From contig JALSQF010000010.1 of assembly GCA_026985555.1 (NCBI GenBank), positions 97,163 through 161,162 on the forward strand: a stretch of DNA of 64,000 bases, given 5' to 3'. The DNA is from Candidatus Moraniibacteriota bacterium. Its GTDB lineage: Bacteria; Patescibacteriota; Minisyncoccia; Moranbacterales; UBA9337. Position 1 is the stretch's first letter; every line of letters starts with the position of its first letter. The translations under genes and the position numbers were made by a program. Below are positions 47,603 through 57,931 of the stretch, one piece after another. Under the pieces are notes generated by a model that did not search any database, was not told where the DNA came from, and saw only the letters and a program-made list of their open reading frames with translations.

Positions 47603-47650
47603 TTCTGGCTATTTAAATATCCATTTAAATGGATATTTAAATAGCCAGAA
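47603..47650. repeat. Perfect 48-bp palindrome with no loop
   Basis: TTCTGGCTATTTAAATATCCATTT|AAATGGATATTTAAATAGCCAGAA. Confidence 0.95.
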
Positions 47651-47711
47651 GAGATAATCTTAATCATTTTATTTGTTAAATATATAAAAAATAGAATTAA
47701 TTATTTTATTG

Positions 47712-47746
47712 AAAAAGAGCAGACATCCTTAATGGATACTGCTCTT
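47712..47746 (-). terminator. Terminator of ORFan 47763-48167
   Basis: AAGAGCAG...CTGCTCTT stem with a U-run on the minus strand. Confidence 0.7.
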
Positions 47747-47762
47747 AGTTTTTCTTAGTTTT

Positions 47763-48167
47763 TTAATATCTCGTATAGCCCGCATAACCTTCTTCGCGGG
47801 CCCTCCGAATTCTTTCTTGTTTGATTCTACGGATCCTTTCCGCTTGTCCTTGCCGACAAGCGTTTCTCTCCTCCGAAGTAGGATAGCGATAGCTATCCTC
47901 GCAATTCACCGGCTGCAAAATTTGCTTTTGCACCGGTGCTTGTTGCACTGGCACTACCGGCATTGTAGAATATGCCGGTGCCGGATACACAGGGAAAATA
48001 GAACGAGTGATACCCCTCATATCTATTATCCCTGCCCTATCCGCTAGCCCTATACTCTCCAAGATAATGAGAGTATTGAGTTTGCCTGCTGTTCCTGCTT
48101 TAGCAGGGACAGAGAAAGAAAAAATAATTCCGCAAATACAAATAAATACAAAACTGATTTTTTTCAT
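47763..48167 (-). CDS. Secreted ORFan with elevated GC
   Basis: Signal peptide (..VPAKA), Pro/Gln linker, C..C pair, AAAAGGAGG SD, TTGACA-N17-TATAAC promoter upstream. Confidence 0.75.
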   Translation of the reverse strand: MKKISFVFICICGIIFSFSVPAKAGTAGKLNTLIILESIGLADRAGIIDMRGITRSIFPVYPAPAYSTMPVVPVQQAPVQKQILQPVNCEDSYRYPTSEERNACRQGQAERIRRIKQERIRRAREEGYAGYTRY

Positions 48168-48316
48168 AACAAACCTCCTTTTGATTTTTTTTTGATTTTT
48201 TAAAAAACTAATTTAATAAGGTTTTCTAAGTTATAAATTATTTTTTCTTTTTTGTCAATACTAAAAAGATTACTTTTTTTATTTTTTCTTTTAGTTGTTT
48301 TTTGAAAAAATAATTC

Positions 48317-49225
48317 TTATTTGCTAAAATTTAAAAATAAATTTTCTAATTGCAAACGAAGATTCGCATGGCTATTACTAATTTTTTCCAATAAAGAATT
48401 TAGCTGAGTAATTTTAGTGTAAAAAAAATATTTTTTTAGCAGTGATTTTTCTTTGTGAGCTTTTAGCCATAAAATCCAGATCCAAAAATCTAGCATTTCT
48501 TTCGTTTTTATTTCGTTTTTAGCTAATTTCTCAGCTAAATCAAAACGTTGATTAATAGAAAAATTAGCAGAAAAAATATTTTTTAAGTCAACTAAAAAAT
48601 TTTGATATTTAGCTCGTTTGATTTGACTACTTTTAATTTCTTGCGCTATACCTGGTCTTCCCATAGAGAAATAAACTATTTCCTTTTCATAATTATTCTG
48701 TAACATTTCTTGCGTAGATACCAAAGAAAAATTAATTATTTGACAACGTGATTTAATCGTAGCCAAAATCTTTTTTTCTTGATGTGTAACTAAAATAATA
48801 AAAGACGTATTATTAGGCTCCTCTATTGTTTTCAACAAAGCATTTTGTGCTTGGATAGTAAGAAGATGAGCTTGATCAATAATTAAAACTCTATATTTTC
48901 CCTGACTGGGATAGAAAGTAAGTTCTTTCAATATTTCTCTTATTTCATCTACTCCGATTTTTTGCTCTATTTTCTTTTGTTTCTTTTCTAATGATGTTGG
49001 TTTTAATATAAGTAAATCGCTAATAATTTTTTGCGAAGAAATTTTTTGAGCTAAAAATTTTTGATTTAATATTATTGCCTTAGCCCATTCTTGAGCTATA
49101 GTAAACTTTCCTACTTTTTCTGGACCACTAAATAAATAGGCTTGATTAGTTAAATCATTCTTAATAATTTTTTTTAAGAAATTAATCTGCTTTTGATGCC
49201 CTATAATTTTTTTCGCTTGAATCAT
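48317..49225 (-). CDS. holB: DNA polymerase III delta' subunit
   Basis: IIGH, AYLFSGPEKVGK, AQNALLKTIEEP, TIKSRC. Confidence 0.88.
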   Translation of the reverse strand: MIQAKKIIGHQKQINFLKKIIKNDLTNQAYLFSGPEKVGKFTIAQEWAKAIILNQKFLAQKISSQKIISDLLILKPTSLEKKQKKIEQKIGVDEIREILKELTFYPSQGKYRVLIIDQAHLLTIQAQNALLKTIEEPNNTSFIILVTHQEKKILATIKSRCQIINFSLVSTQEMLQNNYEKEIVYFSMGRPGIAQEIKSSQIKRAKYQNFLVDLKNIFSANFSINQRFDLAEKLAKNEIKTKEMLDFWIWILWLKAHKEKSLLKKYFFYTKITQLNSLLEKISNSHANLRLQLENLFLNFSK

Positions 49226-49324
49226 AAGAACTTATAAAAAAATAATAAAAACAATATAGTTTTTACATGATTTATAATAACTTACCACTTATCACAGAAA
49301 AAATAAATTATTACATAAATTATA

Positions 49325-50599
49325 TCACAAAAAAAGTTCTTTTTTTATTTTATTCTCGCTAGCACTCTTATGTGGACCGATAATAGCTAAATTCATTTTA
49401 TTAGAAGTAAAAACATCTTGAGCTACTCTTTTAATGTCTTCAGTTGTAACCGCTTCTATTTTTTGAAAAATTTCTTGAGGTTTTTCAATTTTATTCATTA
49501 ATAATTCTTGATTCATTACAAAACTAGCTATTTCATCTGAAGATTCTAATTTCATTATCATTTTTCCTTTGATATAGTTTTTAGCTTTAGCTAATTCCTT
49601 TTCAGTAATCTTTCTTTTTTTAATTTTATTCAATTCTTGAATAATAATTTTTATAGCTTGTTGTAGATTTTTATGCTCCACTCCAGCAGATATGGCTAAA
49701 TATCCGACATCTTGATAAGCATCTACACTGGCTTTAACATAGTAAGCTAATCCTTTTCTTTCTCTTACTTGAATAAATAAACGACTACTCATTCCTCCTC
49801 CTAAAATTGTGGCTAAGAGATTCAGCACATAACGATCAGGATGAAAAAGATTATAAGCTCTTGCTCCTAAAATAAAATGAGTTTGATCTGTTTTTTTAAA
49901 TCTTATTTTTATTTGAGGTTTAGTTTGTTTTTCTTTAATTTTTTCTATAACTGGTTTTTTTTGAGAAGATAAGTTAGTAAAATATTTTTTAGTTTGAGAT
50001 AAAATTAATTGCGAAGAAACATTACCGGCTACAACTAAAACGGTATCATTAGGTATATAAAAACGTTTAAAATAATTAATAAAATCTTTTCGCTTAAATT
50101 TACGAATAGTTTTTTTGTAACCAATAATTTCTCTACCTAATTTATATTTTCCATACAATAATTTTTCCCAAATATCTTCAATGTTACGCATAGGAATATC
50201 TTCATACATATTCAGTTCTTGTAGAATAGTTCCTTTTTCTCGTTCAATTTCACTTCTCTTAAATTGAGAATTTAAATACATATCACTTATTACATCTAGC
50301 GCTATTTTCCAGTGTTGCGCATCAACTTTAGCATAATAAACCGTGCTGGTTTTACCTGTAAAAGCATTGAATTCACCTCCTACAGCATCAATAGTTTCTG
50401 CTATAGCTAAAGTATTAGGCCTTTTTTTAGTTCCTTTAAAAAGCATATGCTCAATAAAATGAGACAAACCCGCTTCTTTTTCTTCCTCATAACGTGATCC
50501 TACTCCTACTCCTATCATAACTGTTACTGTCTGTGTGTCTTTCATGGGAATACTAATTAAACGAAAATTGTTTTTAAAAATAGTTTTCTGATAATTCAT
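49325..50599 (-). CDS. M16 family zinc peptidase
   Basis: HFIEH (HxxEH), NAFT, SSRLF..VRE..GLAY. Confidence 0.93.
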   Translation of the reverse strand: MNYQKTIFKNNFRLISIPMKDTQTVTVMIGVGVGSRYEEEKEAGLSHFIEHMLFKGTKKRPNTLAIAETIDAVGGEFNAFTGKTSTVYYAKVDAQHWKIALDVISDMYLNSQFKRSEIEREKGTILQELNMYEDIPMRNIEDIWEKLLYGKYKLGREIIGYKKTIRKFKRKDFINYFKRFYIPNDTVLVVAGNVSSQLILSQTKKYFTNLSSQKKPVIEKIKEKQTKPQIKIRFKKTDQTHFILGARAYNLFHPDRYVLNLLATILGGGMSSRLFIQVRERKGLAYYVKASVDAYQDVGYLAISAGVEHKNLQQAIKIIIQELNKIKKRKITEKELAKAKNYIKGKMIMKLESSDEIASFVMNQELLMNKIEKPQEIFQKIEAVTTEDIKRVAQDVFTSNKMNLAIIGPHKSASENKIKKELFL

Positions 50600-50740
50600 A
50601 ACTTATACTTATTAATCATTTTAATTTGGTTTTGTTTAAATATAATAAACCTAATATTTTAAATTTACAAGATATTGTTTATAGTTTATGTTATAATTAT
50701 AAATTATATATAATAAGAATTTACAAAAAAAACAATCCCA

Positions 50741-52234
50741 ATGAATAAAAATTTCTTAATTAAATCCGTTTTTTGGTTAACTATTTCAGAAATAATCTTT
50801 AATCTTTCTGGTTACATTATTCATTCTGGCGTAGGTCGCATTTTAGGTCCAGCTGGTTATGGACAATACGGCTTGGTTATTACCTTAACCACAATGATAA
50901 TCATTCTTATTGGCAATGGAATTCCTACTGCTATGAGTAAATATCTGAGTGAATTTTTTGAAAAGGAGCCAGAAAAAATTTTTCAAATAAAAAAAGAAAC
51001 TGCTTATCTTCAATTCATAATTATTGGTTTAGTAACTATTGTTTTTTATTTTTCTATTCCTTTTATTGCTAATATACTGAACGATTCTCAACTTGTTCCT
51101 CTTTTTAAAATATCTGTTTTAATCATACCTGCTTTTGCTAGCGCTTCTTTTTATTTTTATTATTTCACCGGCCTTCATAAATTTAATCTTCAAGCTATTT
51201 TAAAAACTATTCGTTCTCTTTTTAAAATAATTTTTATTTTATGGTTAGCTTGGATTTGGAAAGTTAAAGGCGCTATTATTGGTTATGTTTTTGCTCCTTT
51301 AAGTGTATTTTTAATAGCTTTAATTATTGATTATTTTTGGCTTTCTCCAAAAATATTAAAAAATATAAAAAAAGATAAACTAGATAAAAATCTCTCTCAA
51401 AAAAAAGTAAAAAATTTTTACAAACAACTTTTTAATTATGCTTGGCCTTTTGTTCTTTTCACTTTGTTTTATGAAATTATGATATCTATTGATTTATACA
51501 TGGTTAAGGGATTGCTTCATAGCAATTCTCTAACCGGTATTTATAATGGAGCTATAACTGTAGGACGAATTCCTTACTATCTTTTCTATGCCTTAACTAT
51601 TGTCCTTCTTCCTACCATCTCTCGTTCTACTTCTCTTAATTTAAACAAAGAAACAAAAAGAACTATTTACACTACTTTGCGTCTTTTAATTATTTTTCTT
51701 CTTCCTTCAATTATACTAATGCGTTCTTTTGCTTCTCCTATTATTCAAATTTTTTATGGAAACAAATTTAATGCCTCTGCCCCCATTATGTCAATTTTGG
51801 TTTGGGGAGTAGGATTTTTAACTTTTTTTTATGTTATTAGTGCTATTTTTAACGGAGCGGGAAAGGTAAAAATTCCAATGTATTTGGCTTTGGGAGGAGC
51901 TATTCTTAATGCTTCTTTAAGTTATTATTTAATACCCTTTTGGAAACTTAAAGGCGCTGCTTGGGCTACTAATTTTTCTTCTTTAATAAGTACTATATTA
52001 ATTTTATTTTTGCTTTATTACTACTTTAAAATTAATTTTCCTTGGTTAACTTTAATAAGATCATTTTTAGGTGGTTTAGGAATATTCTTATTAGTTCATT
52101 TCTTTCCTCAACAAAATTTAATCTTCATTTTTTCTAGCTTGATTTTAATCTTTATTTATTTTATGCTTCTTTATATTCTAGGAGAAATTCAACAAAAAGA
52201 TTTTTTCTTCTGGAAAAATCTTTTTAAAAATTAA
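50741..52234 (+). CDS. Polysaccharide/oligosaccharide flippase (Wzx/MOP family)
   Basis: About 14 TMs; RILGP..YG, ID..M, G.Y..A, GAAWAT. Confidence 0.85.
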   Translation: MNKNFLIKSVFWLTISEIIFNLSGYIIHSGVGRILGPAGYGQYGLVITLTTMIIILIGNGIPTAMSKYLSEFFEKEPEKIFQIKKETAYLQFIIIGLVTIVFYFSIPFIANILNDSQLVPLFKISVLIIPAFASASFYFYYFTGLHKFNLQAILKTIRSLFKIIFILWLAWIWKVKGAIIGYVFAPLSVFLIALIIDYFWLSPKILKNIKKDKLDKNLSQKKVKNFYKQLFNYAWPFVLFTLFYEIMISIDLYMVKGLLHSNSLTGIYNGAITVGRIPYYLFYALTIVLLPTISRSTSLNLNKETKRTIYTTLRLLIIFLLPSIILMRSFASPIIQIFYGNKFNASAPIMSILVWGVGFLTFFYVISAIFNGAGKVKIPMYLALGGAILNASLSYYLIPFWKLKGAAWATNFSSLISTILILFLLYYYFKINFPWLTLIRSFLGGLGIFLLVHFFPQQNLIFIFSSLILIFIYFMLLYILGEIQQKDFFFWKNLFKN

Positions 52235-52304
52235 AAAAAAAGTTAATTCAAAAGAAAAAAATTTATTTCTAGCAAATAGCTTATTTTTATGCTAAAATTT
52301 TGTT

Positions 52305-54680
52305 ATGGCGCAATCTAAACGAAGAAAACATTATAAAATAAAATATTCTTCTCAAATTAAAGAAATTTTAGTAATTAATGACAAAAAACTAAAACCATAT
52401 TTAGAATTGCTTAATTTTGAACCAACTAATATTAATCAGAAAAAATTAGGAAAATTAGTAGGAATTTTTGAAATTAAAAGCGCTAATGATAGTGTTGCTT
52501 ATATCGTTAATTTTTTGGTATCCGTAGCCAAAAAAGAATATTTTATTAATCCTAAACGCTCTCCAGAAAAAAGTTTTGAAGCTACATTAAATAAACTTAA
52601 TTTAGCTTTTTCTGAATTAGCTAAACATAATAATCTTGACTGGCTAGGTAAAACTAATATAGCTCTTGCCAGTTTAGAAAAAAATAATTTATTCTTTAGT
52701 ACTTTAGGATCAGCCAAAATTCTTCTATTTCGTGATCAAAGTTTAAGCGAAATTAGTTACAACGAAAAAAAAGAGTCTTTACATCCATTAAAGATGTTCT
52801 CTGATATTTCTTCGGGAAAACTGAAAGACAAGGATAAACTAATTTTAACCACGGAAGATATTTTTCAATTTCTTTCTTTAAAAGAAATTGAAAAGAAAGC
52901 ACGATTTTTATCTTCTCAAAAATTTAATCGTTTTCTAAAAACAGCTTTGGTTAATGAACTAATGGGAAATGTTTCTTTGATTTTAGATTTTGTAAAAAAG
53001 AAAGAAATAGTAAAAAAAATAAAAAAAAGTAAAAAAAGAATAACTCCTATCAATGCTTTTAGCAGTAAAACCTTTGAAGAAAAAGTTTCTTCTCCTAATT
53101 TAAAAAAGGAGAAAAAGAAAGCCTCTAAAAAAGATAAACAACAAGATTATATTGATAAAAAAACTGGACACATTTATATTCAAGGAAAAAATCATACTAA
53201 GAATAAAAAATCTTCTTTGAAAAAAAAGCCTTTTTTTAATTTAAAAATAAAAGCTAGAAAAGAATATTTAAACAAAATAAATAAATTTTTAAAAACAACA
53301 AAAAAAAATATAACTTTAAAAAAAATTTCTTTTGAAAGAATACATATAAAAAATAAAAGTAAAAAAATTATCGTTTATTTTTATGAAAAATCTAAGATAT
53401 TATTTAATAATATATACTTCAATCTTTTTACTGCTATCAAAAAAATAAAAACAAAAGAAATAAAAAAAGAAAAAAATAATGTTGTTAATCATAATGAAAA
53501 TAAATTTATTATTTCTGAAAGAGAAAATTTTAATCTTAGTAGAACACTTAACAAATTAGACAATGATAGAAGTGTTTCATATTATCTAGGTTATTTAAAA
53601 AATTTTTCTACTTTTTTAAGAAAGGGAAAATATAAATTAAAAAAATTTTTCTTCTTAATTCGCCAATTACCCTTTTGGCCAAATTTTTCACGTTTAAAAA
53701 AAATCTTTCTTCATTTTAATTTAAAACAAAAATCTTTAGCTTTGGCTTTATTACTTTTTATTATCTTTTACCCTCTATTATTAAATCGTTTTCTTTCAAA
53801 AAAACATAATCATTCTTCTGAAAAAATCGCCGGCGAATTTACCACAAATATTCCAAGTGATAATGAAAATAAGCATGACAACAAAAACAAATATTCTTTA
53901 ATGGAAAAAATAATATATACTCATCTTCCAACAGAAAGTCTTTTCTTATTGCCTTATAAAAACAACTTATTTGTTGTTACTAAAAATAAAATAATTTTAA
54001 TTAATGAATTGACTCAAAAAAAGGAAAAGGAGTATAATTTTGATTTAAAAAATAACGAAAAAATTTATCAAGCCACCTTTATGCCTGATTTGAATTTAAT
54101 ATTTTTACTTACTAATAAAAACAAACTTTTTAGTTTTAGCCCCGTTTCTTATAAAATAAAAACTCCCCAGATTAAAATACCTGAGAATGCTAAAATTAAC
54201 GCCTTAGGAACTTATTTAACCTATCTTTATTTAGTGGATTCTCAACATCAACAAATTTATCGCTATCCTCGCGCAGAAGGAGGATTTGGAGATAAGATAG
54301 ACTGGCTTAAGGAAAAAATAGATTTAAATAATGTAACTTCTATTTTTATCAATGGAGAAATTTATTTGCTTTATCAAAATAATCAAATAAAAAAATTAAG
54401 TCATGGAAAAACAGAAAAAAACTTGAACTTAACAAAATATCATAATATTACTAACACACATCAATTTTACATTACAGAAAAAAATGATTTTTATATACAT
54501 GATAAAACAGAAGGTGTTCTTTTAAAAATTAATCCTCAGAAAAATATTATTGAAACTTACCAAAATTCTCTTTTTAAAAAAACTCATTTTATTTATTTTT
54601 TAAAAGAGCAACAAAAAGATAAAAATTATAAAGGCTATTTATTAACCGATGATAATCAGATTATAAGTTTTTCTTTTTAA
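52305..54680 (+). CDS. Membrane-anchored protein: PP2C-like N-terminal fold, Lys-rich linker, TM, beta-propeller-like C-terminus
   Basis: G.AK..L.RD and SG.L...D.LILTT patterns; TM near aa 478-495; YLYLVD..QIYRY, NGEIYLL. Confidence 0.55.
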   Translation: MAQSKRRKHYKIKYSSQIKEILVINDKKLKPYLELLNFEPTNINQKKLGKLVGIFEIKSANDSVAYIVNFLVSVAKKEYFINPKRSPEKSFEATLNKLNLAFSELAKHNNLDWLGKTNIALASLEKNNLFFSTLGSAKILLFRDQSLSEISYNEKKESLHPLKMFSDISSGKLKDKDKLILTTEDIFQFLSLKEIEKKARFLSSQKFNRFLKTALVNELMGNVSLILDFVKKKEIVKKIKKSKKRITPINAFSSKTFEEKVSSPNLKKEKKKASKKDKQQDYIDKKTGHIYIQGKNHTKNKKSSLKKKPFFNLKIKARKEYLNKINKFLKTTKKNITLKKISFERIHIKNKSKKIIVYFYEKSKILFNNIYFNLFTAIKKIKTKEIKKEKNNVVNHNENKFIISERENFNLSRTLNKLDNDRSVSYYLGYLKNFSTFLRKGKYKLKKFFFLIRQLPFWPNFSRLKKIFLHFNLKQKSLALALLLFIIFYPLLLNRFLSKKHNHSSEKIAGEFTTNIPSDNENKHDNKNKYSLMEKIIYTHLPTESLFLLPYKNNLFVVTKNKIILINELTQKKEKEYNFDLKNNEKIYQATFMPDLNLIFLLTNKNKLFSFSPVSYKIKTPQIKIPENAKINALGTYLTYLYLVDSQHQQIYRYPRAEGGFGDKIDWLKEKIDLNNVTSIFINGEIYLLYQNNQIKKLSHGKTEKNLNLTKYHNITNTHQFYITEKNDFYIHDKTEGVLLKINPQKNIIETYQNSLFKKTHFIYFLKEQQKDKNYKGYLLTDDNQIISFSF

Positions 54681-54693
54681 AATTTATCAAAAA

Positions 54694-56574
54694 ATGTTTA
54701 GATATTTAATTAAATTAAATCTTTCTACCTGGTTTTTATTAGTTTTTCTTTGGACTAGCTGGCTCTTATTTTTTTTAACTCTAGGAAATGTTTTTTATAA
54801 AATTTTTGTTTATTTAAATTTTTTTTCACTATTTTTTATTTTTCTTATTAAATTGTTTTTTCATACCCAAAAAAGAAAATTTCAAAAAAATAAACTTAAT
54901 AAATACAACTTAATAATTTTAATTTTGTTTCTATTGTTTCTTTTTTATTTGCTTTCTTTTCCTCCTACTTTATTTTCAGGACGCGATGAAGGATCAATCA
55001 GCGAAGCCGCCATAAGATTAAGCCAAAATCATCAAATAAAATTTTCTACTCCACTAAGTAACCAACTATATAAAACTTCTTCCTTGCCTAAAAAACTAGA
55101 ACATTGCCTAGCAAAAAACAACAATTATCTTTTCAGACATCTTCATATAAAAAACCAGTATTGCTATTGGATAACAACTACATCAGCTTTGAATTTTCCT
55201 GGATTCTACTATACTAGCGATGAAAAATTAGTTACACAGTTTCCCTTGGTTTATACTAGTTGGTTAGCTGGTTTTTATACTATTTTTAATTTAGAAGGAT
55301 TAGCTTTAGCTAATTTTATTTTAAGTTTAATTTTTATTTTTTCTTTTCTTAAAACCTATCGTCTTTTACTTAAAAGTATAGCCTATTCTCAAAAAAATAC
55401 TTTTTGGAATTGGTTACCTTTATTTTTTTTACTCTTTTCTTTTCCTGTTTTATGGTTTGCTAGATTTACCTTAACAGAAAATATGACTTGGGCATTACTC
55501 TGGCTAGGAATTTGGCAATTGTTAAAATTTATTTCTCAGAAAAAAATTGAATCATTTTTAATAGCAAATTTAAGTTTTGGTCTTTTAATTTTTACTCGCA
55601 TTGAAGGAATAATCTTGTTTTTCTTGAGTTTCATAATCATTTTTCTTTTTTCAAAAAAAGAAAAAAAGAAAAAACAATTTTATAAAATGTTTCTGTTCTT
55701 TTATGCAATTTTTATTTTCATCGTCGGAATTTTTACTTTTATAAAAAATTGGGCTTACTACAAAAATATTTTGAAAGCATTATTTAAAAAGTCTTCTTCT
55801 TTTCATTTTACCGAAGTTTCTTTTTGGAAATTTTTAAATATATATTTTCATTATGGCATACTATTGTTTATTCTTATAGCTTTTATCTTTCTGATAATTT
55901 TCATTGTACAAAATAAAATAACTAAGCAATTAATTATTCAAAATAAAATATTATTTATTCCTGTTATTATTGTTGCACCTTTATTTTACTATTTAATAAA
56001 TCCTCACATTTCTTCTAACTGTCCCTGGTGTTTAAGACGCTTAATTTGGGGCGTATTTCCTTTATCTATGCTTTATTCTTTTTTAGGATTATTTTTTTTG
56101 GAAAGAAAATACAAAAATTTACATTTAGGAAAAATGATTTTATTAATTTTATTCATAGTAAATATTTATACTTTAAAAAATATTTATATCACTTCTTTAA
56201 AACAAAACTGGAAAAATCTCTCTCTTATAGCTCCTCATTTTCAATCCGATGATTTAATTTTAATAGATCGTTTGTCTTTTGGAAATGGATGGTTAATGCC
56301 AACTGGGCCTTTAAATTTAATTTATAATTTACAAACGGTTTATTTTTTTAATCCTAATGATTATAATGTAATTAATCACAATAATTTTTCTCATATTTAT
56401 ATTATGACACCGAAAGATAAAGTTAAATTCTGGAAAAAAAATTTACCTTCCTATAATTTAAGTATTTATCAATATTATAAATATTCTAGCCTAGATCACT
56501 CTAAAAATTCTAATTCCCCTTTTTTGAAAAAAATTTTTATCAGAGAAGAAGGGATCATCCTAAAAATAAAGTAA
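54694..56574 (+). CDS. GT-C-like polytopic membrane glycosyltransferase
   Basis: GRDEG in the first loop, QFP..Y, TLTE, TRIEG, RR. Confidence 0.65.
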   Translation: MFRYLIKLNLSTWFLLVFLWTSWLLFFLTLGNVFYKIFVYLNFFSLFFIFLIKLFFHTQKRKFQKNKLNKYNLIILILFLLFLFYLLSFPPTLFSGRDEGSISEAAIRLSQNHQIKFSTPLSNQLYKTSSLPKKLEHCLAKNNNYLFRHLHIKNQYCYWITTTSALNFPGFYYTSDEKLVTQFPLVYTSWLAGFYTIFNLEGLALANFILSLIFIFSFLKTYRLLLKSIAYSQKNTFWNWLPLFFLLFSFPVLWFARFTLTENMTWALLWLGIWQLLKFISQKKIESFLIANLSFGLLIFTRIEGIILFFLSFIIIFLFSKKEKKKKQFYKMFLFFYAIFIFIVGIFTFIKNWAYYKNILKALFKKSSSFHFTEVSFWKFLNIYFHYGILLFILIAFIFLIIFIVQNKITKQLIIQNKILFIPVIIVAPLFYYLINPHISSNCPWCLRRLIWGVFPLSMLYSFLGLFFLERKYKNLHLGKMILLILFIVNIYTLKNIYITSLKQNWKNLSLIAPHFQSDDLILIDRLSFGNGWLMPTGPLNLIYNLQTVYFFNPNDYNVINHNNFSHIYIMTPKDKVKFWKKNLPSYNLSIYQYYKYSSLDHSKNSNSPFLKKIFIREEGIILKIK

Positions 56575-56575
56575 T

Positions 56576-57520
56576 ATGAGTTTCAAAAAAATAGCTAATT
56601 ATAAATATAAAGAAAAAGATTATTTTAAAATAAAAATTTTGATAATTTTTATTTTGATTTTTTGGTTTCTTTTTTTAAGTTATCATATTCTTTTTTCCGT
56701 TAAAAAATATCAATTTGATTTTAATTCTAATAAAAAATATTCTATCCTTCAAAAAAATTCTGCAGATAATCTTGATTTTTTTCTACCTTTAACTGAAAAG
56801 TTTTCACAAGTTTCTATAAGTCTTATTAGTAATAAAAAAAATAATAAGTTTCTTCCTCCCTTTTATATCTATAAAACCTATGAAGCTATGACTTATCCAT
56901 TAATGGGAGAAAAAAATGATTTAAAAAAAGAAGATCTTTTAAAATTAGTCGCTGATAATAAAACAGTTTATCTTATTGTTCATAATAAAAAATTTGCCAT
57001 TGATAATCCATCCACCTTTGAAGCTCATAATTTTCAATGGAGAAATGTTATCCCAGCTAATAAATTTAATCAAAATCTTAGTCAAATAAAAACAATTTCT
57101 CTTTATAGAATAAAAGATCCTCATCCTGATGGAACAGTTTTTTGGACAACAGATACACATAAATTTTATTATATTGAAAATGGTAAACGTTATTTATTAA
57201 CTGGATCGTCACTAAAAATTTCTGCATTAAAAGAAAATGCTGTTCCTGTTCAAGAGAAGAGTCTACAAACATATGTCACTTGTAAACCTAAAAAAAGGAT
57301 GTGGACACCTCATAAGTATACTTGCCATACCAATTTAAAAAAAATTAATAACTTTTCAGAAAATTATTACCGCTTTGAAAATAAAAATTTAAATTATAAA
57401 AAATTTAATCAAATGGAAATTAGCTTTTTTTATAGCCCTACATATCATAATATCCGTTACTCTATAGTTACACTTATTCATCATATTATGTTTCGTTTTC
57501 ACATAATTTCTTTTAAATAA
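56576..57520 (+). CDS. Membrane-anchored extracellular hypothetical protein
   Basis: N-terminal TM; VYLI...I....F....F.W..V and HPDGT...YYIENGKR repeats. Confidence 0.6.
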   Translation: MSFKKIANYKYKEKDYFKIKILIIFILIFWFLFLSYHILFSVKKYQFDFNSNKKYSILQKNSADNLDFFLPLTEKFSQVSISLISNKKNNKFLPPFYIYKTYEAMTYPLMGEKNDLKKEDLLKLVADNKTVYLIVHNKKFAIDNPSTFEAHNFQWRNVIPANKFNQNLSQIKTISLYRIKDPHPDGTVFWTTDTHKFYYIENGKRYLLTGSSLKISALKENAVPVQEKSLQTYVTCKPKKRMWTPHKYTCHTNLKKINNFSENYYRFENKNLNYKKFNQMEISFFYSPTYHNIRYSIVTLIHHIMFRFHIISFK

Positions 57521-57528
57521 TAAATTCT

Positions 57529-57918
57529 ATGCGACAAATAACTATCACCTCCTCCTTTCTTTTTCTTGTCTCTAAATCACTCTATTTTTTAACAAAATGG
57601 GTAATAATTATCGCTAGCATTTTTGTTTTTATAAAATATTTATTTTTAAACAATGCCCTTGAACAAATTAATCTTTCAAAAATATTGCTTTTTTCATCTT
57701 TCTTATTGCTTATTTTAAATTATTTAAATTCTTATTTTTTAAAAAATAAAATAAATTATACACCTCAAAAACAAAAGAAACATTTATTTTTATTAGGCTA
57801 TATAATTTTATTCTTATTTTTAGGAAGTGTTTTTCTCTTTCAAGTATCTTGGTTGTTTTTTTTGTTTTTTCTTTTAATTTTTTGGTTAATTGTTTTCCAA
57901 ATTTTTTATTTAGCTTAA
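57529..57918 (+). CDS. Small membrane protein
   Basis: Four hydrophobic segments; same-strand spacing of 8 nt. Confidence 0.55.
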   Translation: MRQITITSSFLFLVSKSLYFLTKWVIIIASIFVFIKYLFLNNALEQINLSKILLFSSFLLLILNYLNSYFLKNKINYTPQKQKKHLFLLGYIILFLFLGSVFLFQVSWLFFLFFLLIFWLIVFQIFYLA

Positions 57919-57931
57919 ACCATATTATTTT

